Assembly: GCA_016867495.1 (NCBI GenBank)
Contig: VGJL01000005.1
Coordinates: forward strand, 720-64,719
Reading direction: 5' to 3'
Length of the DNA: 64,000 nt
Source of the DNA: Candidatus Eiseniibacteriota bacterium
GTDB taxonomy: Bacteria > Eisenbacteria > RBG-16-71-46 > CAIMUX01 > VGJL01
Below the pieces are notes generated by a model that saw only the letters and a list, made by a program, of their open reading frames with translations, ran no database searches and was not told the DNA's origin. Position 1 is the first letter of the stretch, and each line of letters begins with the position of its first letter. A program made the translations under genes and the position numbers. Below are positions 59,218 to 64,000 of this stretch, piece by piece.

Positions 59218-60272
59218 TGAGGCGCCTCCGCGGATGGATCGATGCGGCCTGGGGGAGCCCGCCAGGCCCGGCGCCGCGCGGGATCTGGCTGCTCGAGACG
59301 GCGGCCACTGTCTATCGGGGTTGCGTGCGACTCCACCGTCCCAGGCAGCAGCGGGCGCCGATCCCGGTCGTGTCGGTTGGATCGCTCTGGGCCGGCGGAG
59401 CCGGGAAGACGCCCCTCGCGATGGAGATCGCCCGTCTCGCGCGGATCGAGGATCTGGCCCCGGCCGTTCTGTTGAGGGGGTATGGAGGATCGACCCGGCG
59501 TGGGGTTCGGGAAGTGCCCGGCAGCCGGGCGGCGGGAGACTGGCGGATCTACGGCGACGAAGCATGCCTGCATGCGGATGCGGGCACTGCGCGGATCTTC
59601 GTGGGGCGCTCCAGACTCGATGCGAGCAGGAGGGCTCACCAGAAGGGATGCACGATCGCGATCCTGGACGATGGGATGCAGCACAGGCGCCTCGCGCGCG
59701 ACTGGGAGATCGTGACCCTTCCCGCCGATCTCCCGCTCGGGAACGGCCGGCTGCTGCCGCGAGGACCATTGCGGGAGGATCCCACGGCTCTTCGCCGGGC
59801 ATCCCTCGTCATCATGGCCCACCACGCCCGGGCTGCCGTGGCCCAAGAGGAGTGGAGGCCCGTGCGGGCGCTCTGCCGGCCGGGAACTCCGATCTTCTCC
59901 TGGATCCCGCGACTCGAGGTCTCGCTCCCTGGAGGGGACGCGCTCGGAGGCGGAGCGACGATCGGCCTTCTCTGCGGGATCGGGAGACCAGATCTTTTCG
60001 AGAGGGCCCTTCGCGACGCAGGGTATGCCGTCGCGATGAAGTGCGTCTTCCCCGACCACCATCCGTTCTCGCAGAGCGAGATCGACGCCGTCTTCGAGCG
60101 CGCACGAGGCGCGGGCCTGGCCGCCATCGTCACGACCAGGAAGGATGCGGTCCGCCTCGCCGGCATGGAGACGCGGAGAGGGGTGCCTCTCTGCACGGCG
60201 GGGATGACGCTCGTTTGGCGAGAGGCCGACGCGGCCGACTACATCAGGAAGCGGCTTCGAGAGCTGCGATAG
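59214..60272 (+). CDS. lpxK: Tetraacyldisaccharide 4'-kinase
   Basis: P-loop VSVGSLWAGGAGKTP. Start overlaps the waaA stop (GTGATG). Confidence 0.8.
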   Translation: MMRRLRGWIDAAWGSPPGPAPRGIWLLETAATVYRGCVRLHRPRQQRAPIPVVSVGSLWAGGAGKTPLAMEIARLARIEDLAPAVLLRGYGGSTRRGVREVPGSRAAGDWRIYGDEACLHADAGTARIFVGRSRLDASRRAHQKGCTIAILDDGMQHRRLARDWEIVTLPADLPLGNGRLLPRGPLREDPTALRRASLVIMAHHARAAVAQEEWRPVRALCRPGTPIFSWIPRLEVSLPGGDALGGGATIGLLCGIGRPDLFERALRDAGYAVAMKCVFPDHHPFSQSEIDAVFERARGAGLAAIVTTRKDAVRLAGMETRRGVPLCTAGMTLVWREADAADYIRKRLRELR

Positions 60273-60274
60273 AG

Positions 60275-60293
60275 GGACCGACCTGCGCGGTCC
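60275..60293. terminator. Possible bidirectional terminator hairpin between convergent lpxK and the minus-strand lipoprotein gene (GGACCG-acctgcg-CGGTCC)
   Basis: 6-bp GC stem with 7-nt loop in a 69-nt convergent gap. No U-tract, so weak evidence. Confidence 0.25.
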
Positions 60294-60341
60294 GCCACGT
60301 CACGAAGGACAGCGGTTCGATCGTCCGGACCGGGCTCGGAT

Positions 60342-60905
60342 CTACTCGTCGCCCCAGTTGGCGCAGTGGACGGGGAGGCTCCCCTTGACGACCACCTCTT
60401 CCCGCGAGTCCTCTTCCACCCCGTAGAGGGTGATCTCGGCTGTGAACCTGATCTCGCCGCCCAGGTAAGCGAGTTGATCGAGCGGGGGGGCCTGCTTGTA
60501 TTCCGCGGGGATGACCGTGACCTCGCCGATCGCGGTCGAGCCGCTCGGGATCCTGAGGTAGAGCCCGCCGGAGATGTTCGGCAGCTCGAGTTCGGAGGGA
60601 AGGCGGACGGAGTACCGGTTGAGGACAACTGCGCCGAAGGGGCCGTTCGCCCGCATACTGAGCCCGGCGTCGTGCGGTCGGTTGCGCAGGACGATGGGAA
60701 CCTGGTCCTCCACGATGAAGTCGTCGTCGGTTCCCGGCTCCCCGTCGTCGCCGTTGTTATAGACGTCGCTGTCGAGAACCTCGTTGCCGTTGATCGATTC
60801 GATGTTCACCGACGAGCGGGGAGCCGAGTCGTCGCTACAACCCACGACGAAGAGAAGACCAGTCAACAGACAGAGCGATGAGAAGAAGAGGAACCGCCGT
60901 GGCAT
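60342..60905 (-). CDS. Hypothetical lipoprotein (about 188 aa) with an acidic Asp/Gly-rich segment
   Basis: Lipobox LLTGLLFVVGCSDDS. Acidic stretch DSDVYNNGDDGEPGTDDDFIVEDQ. Real start is the internal Met of listed ORF 60342..61109. Appears somewhat lower in GC than neighbours by eye. Confidence 0.5.
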   Translation of the reverse strand: MPRRFLFFSSLCLLTGLLFVVGCSDDSAPRSSVNIESINGNEVLDSDVYNNGDDGEPGTDDDFIVEDQVPIVLRNRPHDAGLSMRANGPFGAVVLNRYSVRLPSELELPNISGGLYLRIPSGSTAIGEVTVIPAEYKQAPPLDQLAYLGGEIRFTAEITLYGVEEDSREEVVVKGSLPVHCANWGDE

Positions 60906-60944
60906 GAGACGACCTCCCCGGGCGCGATGGCCCGGCAAATCCCT

Positions 60945-60973
60945 TTGCCGGTAGTATCGGCCGTCGATATACT
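60945..60973 (+). promoter_or_regulatory. Candidate sigma70-like promoter for nadB: TTGCCG, 17-nt spacer, TATACT
   Basis: Hexamers at 60945-60950 and 60968-60973 inside an AT-richer divergent intergenic region. A GC hairpin (CCGCCCG-cgac-CGGGCGG, about 61008-61030) lies in the putative leader. Confidence 0.35.
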
Positions 60974-61051
60974 GCGCTGAATGGAAATGAGGAGCTTCAG
61001 CAGAGAGCGCCCGGCCGCCCGCGACCGGGCGGCATCGAGGCGAGGCGCGCC

Positions 61052-62644
61052 GTGATGGCGTCGGACTTCCTCGTCGTCGGGTCCGGGATGGCCGGATTGC
61101 TTTTTGCAATGGAGGCTTCCCGTCATGGTTCCGTCACGATCTTGACGAAGCGGTCGGGAGCCGAGTCGAACACGGTCTGGGCGCAAGGCGGAATCGCGGC
61201 CGTCATGGGCGACGACGACGCGCTCTCTCTCCACGCACAGGACACGCTCGCCGTCGGCGGCGGCCTCGCGCGGCCGGAGGTCGTCGAGATCGTCGTGGGC
61301 TCCGGCCCTGCTCTGATCCGTCGCCTCGAATCGCTCGGCATCGTCTTCTCGCGGGACGCTGGGGGCGCCCGCCTGGCCCTCGGCCGGGAAGGGGGGCACG
61401 GCAGACGCCGAGTCGTTCACTCGGGCGACTCCACGGGCCGACGGATCCAGGAGACGCTATTGGCTCGAGCCCGGGAGAATCCGCGCATCAGGATCCTGGA
61501 GAACCACTTCGCCGTGGACATCATCCGCAGCGCGAAGATCCGGCCCGGTTCCGAGGACGCTGCCGTCGGCGTCTATGCGCTCGACGGCAAGACGCGAGAG
61601 GTTCTTCCTTTCGCGGCGCGCATCGTCGTGCTGGCCACGGGAGGCTGCGGCAAGGTCTACCGCTACACGTCGAACCCCGATCTCGCTACAGGGGACGGGA
61701 TCGCGATGGCTTACCGCGCGGGTTGCAGGGTCGCCAATCTCGAGTTCATGCAGTTTCATCCGACCTGCCTCTATCACCCCGAAGCCAAGAACTTCCTGAT
61801 CTCAGAGGCTGTGCGCGGGGAAGGCGCCACGCTGACATCGGTCACGGGAGAGAGGTTCATGAGCTCCCACCCGATGCAGGAGCTGGCGCCGCGGGACGTG
61901 GTCGCGCGGGCGATCGATCGGGAGATGAAGGAGCGGGGGAAGCACCACGTCCTGCTCCACCTCGAGCATCTGGACGGCGACAGGCTGCGGGCGCGCTTCC
62001 CGGGAATCTACGAAACGTGCCTGCGCTTCGGGATCGACTTCACCCGTCAGCCGCTCCCCGTCGTTCCCGCGGCGCACTACATCTGCGGCGGAGTTGTCGT
62101 CGACCCGTGGGGCGCGTCCGATCTGCCCGGCCTCTTTGCCGCGGGAGAGGTCGCCCACACCGGTCTCCACGGCGCCAACCGCCTGGCGAGCAACTCCCTG
62201 CTCGAAGCGGGCGTCTTCGCCCTTCGCGCTGCCGAGGAGGCGGGCAGACGGCTGCCGGGGATCCGTCCGGTCGGCGATCTTCCGGCATGGGAGATCGGGG
62301 CGGCGAGCCTGCCGAAGGAGTCGGTCCTGGTCGACGCCCACTGGGACCTGGTCAGAAGGCTGATGTGGGACTTTGTCGGCATCGTGCGCACCGACCACCG
62401 CCTGGAGTTGGCCCGTCGCTATATCGAACTCGTGCGGGGATCGATCGAGTCCTACTACTGGGACTTCGTCCTCGACCCCGATCTGGTCGAGCTGCGCAAC
62501 GTAGCTCTTGTCGCGGAGCTCATGGTCCAGAGCGCGGTCCGCCGAAGCGAGTCGCGCGGTCTCCACTACAACCTGGACCACCAGGAGGCGCGGGAGGACC
62601 CGCCCCGCGACACGGTGCTGCGGACGCCGGGCCCGGAAGCGTAA
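61052..62644 (+). CDS. nadB: L-aspartate oxidase
   Basis: FAD-binding DFLVVGSGMAGL N-terminus. Fumarate reductase/succinate dehydrogenase flavoprotein fold motifs (HYxCGG, RLASNSLLE). Confidence 0.9.
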   Translation: MMASDFLVVGSGMAGLLFAMEASRHGSVTILTKRSGAESNTVWAQGGIAAVMGDDDALSLHAQDTLAVGGGLARPEVVEIVVGSGPALIRRLESLGIVFSRDAGGARLALGREGGHGRRRVVHSGDSTGRRIQETLLARARENPRIRILENHFAVDIIRSAKIRPGSEDAAVGVYALDGKTREVLPFAARIVVLATGGCGKVYRYTSNPDLATGDGIAMAYRAGCRVANLEFMQFHPTCLYHPEAKNFLISEAVRGEGATLTSVTGERFMSSHPMQELAPRDVVARAIDREMKERGKHHVLLHLEHLDGDRLRARFPGIYETCLRFGIDFTRQPLPVVPAAHYICGGVVVDPWGASDLPGLFAAGEVAHTGLHGANRLASNSLLEAGVFALRAAEEAGRRLPGIRPVGDLPAWEIGAASLPKESVLVDAHWDLVRRLMWDFVGIVRTDHRLELARRYIELVRGSIESYYWDFVLDPDLVELRNVALVAELMVQSAVRRSESRGLHYNLDHQEAREDPPRDTVLRTPGPEA

Positions 62645-62649
62645 GGCGC

Positions 62650-63015
62650 ATGAGCGCGACCGAGTTCCTCGAGAAGATCGAGCAGATCGCGGAGGCGTCG
62701 AGTCGCTACAGGACGCAGGCGTTCTTCTTCGTGCTGAGAAGCCTGGAACATTGCCGCCAGAGATTGGGTCGAGAGGGGCACGTCACCGGGCGGGAGCTCG
62801 CGGAGGCTGCGCGCGATCTGGCGATCGGCGAGTACGGGCCGATGGCAAAGACCGTTCTCAATGACTGGGGGATCCGATCCACTGAGGACTTGGGCCGCAT
62901 CGTCTATCTCCTCATCGATCACGAGATCCTGGGCAAGACCGAAGAGGACTCCCCCGACGACTTCCGGGAGGTCTTTGACTTCGATGCCGCCTTCGTGCGC
63001 GACTACCGCTGGTAG
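62650..63015 (+). CDS. Small conserved-looking hypothetical protein (121 aa)
   Basis: C-terminal part of listed ORF 61723..63015 beginning at MSATEFLEKIEQIAE. Protein-like composition, unlike the Arg-rich upstream part. No recognisable motif. Confidence 0.4.
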   Translation: MSATEFLEKIEQIAEASSRYRTQAFFFVLRSLEHCRQRLGREGHVTGRELAEAARDLAIGEYGPMAKTVLNDWGIRSTEDLGRIVYLLIDHEILGKTEEDSPDDFREVFDFDAAFVRDYRW

Positions 63016-63973
63016 CGGCGGACGAACTCTCCTGGCGCGTCTCCATTCGCTGGGGGATGTGGTCCTGACCACCGGCCTCGTCCCCATCCTCGCGGGGCGC
63101 GGCGAGACAGTCGAGATCCTGACGGACCCGGCCTACGATCCGGTCTTCGAGGGTCTTCCTGTCGCCCGCGTCTGGCACCGCGACACGATCCGATCGGCCG
63201 GAAGCTTCGATTCGGTCGTCGACCTTCAGGCGAACGCGACGTCGCGGCGCCTCCTCCTCGGGCTAGGACCCCGCCGGCGGGCCAGCAGCCGGTCCCTCGC
63301 CAGGCGCTGGATCGTTCTATGGGGGCGGAGGGCTCCCCTGCCGGTCGTGCCCCACGCGGTTGGCCGTTATGCCGAGGCCGCCGGCTTCGGGGGGGCCGAG
63401 AGCGAGCTTCGGCCGCGCCTCGCGGTCACCGAGGCCGACCGGGCGGAGGCCGCCCGGCATGCCTGGGCCATGGAGACCAGCGCGCGACCCTGCGTCGGGC
63501 TTGCCGTCGGAGCCTCCAGGAGGATGAAGCGCTGGCCCGAGGCGAAGTTCGACCTCCTGGAGCGATCGCTGGCGGAGATCGGCCTCGGCAGCTTACGATT
63601 CATCGAGCCTCGCCCCGGGGAGAGCGATCGGCGCTTTCCGGGCCCGGGTCCCGTTCGCGCGGGACTGCGGGAGCTCAAGGCCCTGGCTAGTCGCTGCAAG
63701 GCCCTTGTGACGAACGACTCGGGCGTCATGCACCTGGCGGTGGGGCTTGGGGTCCCCGTGGTCGCCATCTTCGGTTCGACCGTGACGAATCTGGGGTTCG
63801 GGCCGCTGGGGGAGCGCGACGTGGTGGTCGAGAGAGATCTAGCCTGCCGCCCCTGCGCAGTCCATGGCGCGCGCTACTGCTGGCAGGGGCACGAGAGGTG
63901 TCTACGGGAGATCGAGCCGCGGGATGTCCAAGCAGCGGTCGTGCGCATCCTTGGACGGAGCCCGCTGAAATGA
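62984..63973 (+). CDS. Glycosyltransferase family 9 (ADP-heptose:LPS heptosyltransferase-like)
   Basis: N-terminal TLLARLHSLGDVVLTTGLVPIL is a GT9-typical start. C-terminal NDSGVMHLAVGLGVPVVAIFGST. Probable ATG at 62984, overlapping the previous gene by 32 nt. Confidence 0.7.
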   Translation: MPPSCATTAGSGGRTLLARLHSLGDVVLTTGLVPILAGRGETVEILTDPAYDPVFEGLPVARVWHRDTIRSAGSFDSVVDLQANATSRRLLLGLGPRRRASSRSLARRWIVLWGRRAPLPVVPHAVGRYAEAAGFGGAESELRPRLAVTEADRAEAARHAWAMETSARPCVGLAVGASRRMKRWPEAKFDLLERSLAEIGLGSLRFIEPRPGESDRRFPGPGPVRAGLRELKALASRCKALVTNDSGVMHLAVGLGVPVVAIFGSTVTNLGFGPLGERDVVVERDLACRPCAVHGARYCWQGHERCLREIEPRDVQAAVVRILGRSPLK

Positions 63974-64000
63974 CCGGCGGGGGACCGCTGGAGATCGCCG

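Overview
This 64 kb window is high-GC (about 70%) bacterial chromosome. It is very gene-dense, and almost every gene lies on the + strand with gaps of 30 nt or less or 4-nt start/stop overlaps. The host is clearly a diderm: the window encodes BamA, Skp, LolCDE, Lnt and a near-complete lipid A/Kdo block (lpxD, lpxC-fabZ, lpxA, lpxB, waaA, lpxK). Most of the content is housekeeping. It includes purine synthesis (purC, purH, guaA, then purB, purL, purQ, purS, purF), lysine/DAP synthesis (dapF, dapA, dapB, asd), secA, topA, a Xer recombinase, argF, rpsT, truA, rlmI, tal, htrA and nadB. The less ordinary parts are these. (1) Two secreted proteins carry Por/T9SS-type C-terminal sorting domains: an HEXXH metalloprotease-like lipoprotein, and a roughly 1,680-aa minus-strand protein with an N-terminal Trp-rich domain followed by about 11 fibronectin-III-like repeats. 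(2) A Firmicutes-style mcsA-mcsB-clpC arginine-kinase/Clp module sits between lolD and bamA, and mcsB is split by one in-frame TGA. (3) purS is double length, consistent with a tandem PurS domain. (4) lpxC and fabZ are fused, and a Gfo/Idh/MocA oxidoreductase lies between lpxA and lpxB. (5) Twenty-two co-directional genes (34316-60272) may form a supra-operon that links purine synthesis, proteostasis and outer-membrane biogenesis. I found no CRISPR array, rRNA, tRNA or obvious mobile element. I could not run any homology search, so every protein assignment rests on motifs I recognise in the supplied translations. The phylum is unknown; an FCB-group or Gemmatimonadota-like lineage is only a guess from the T9SS-type domains and GC content.
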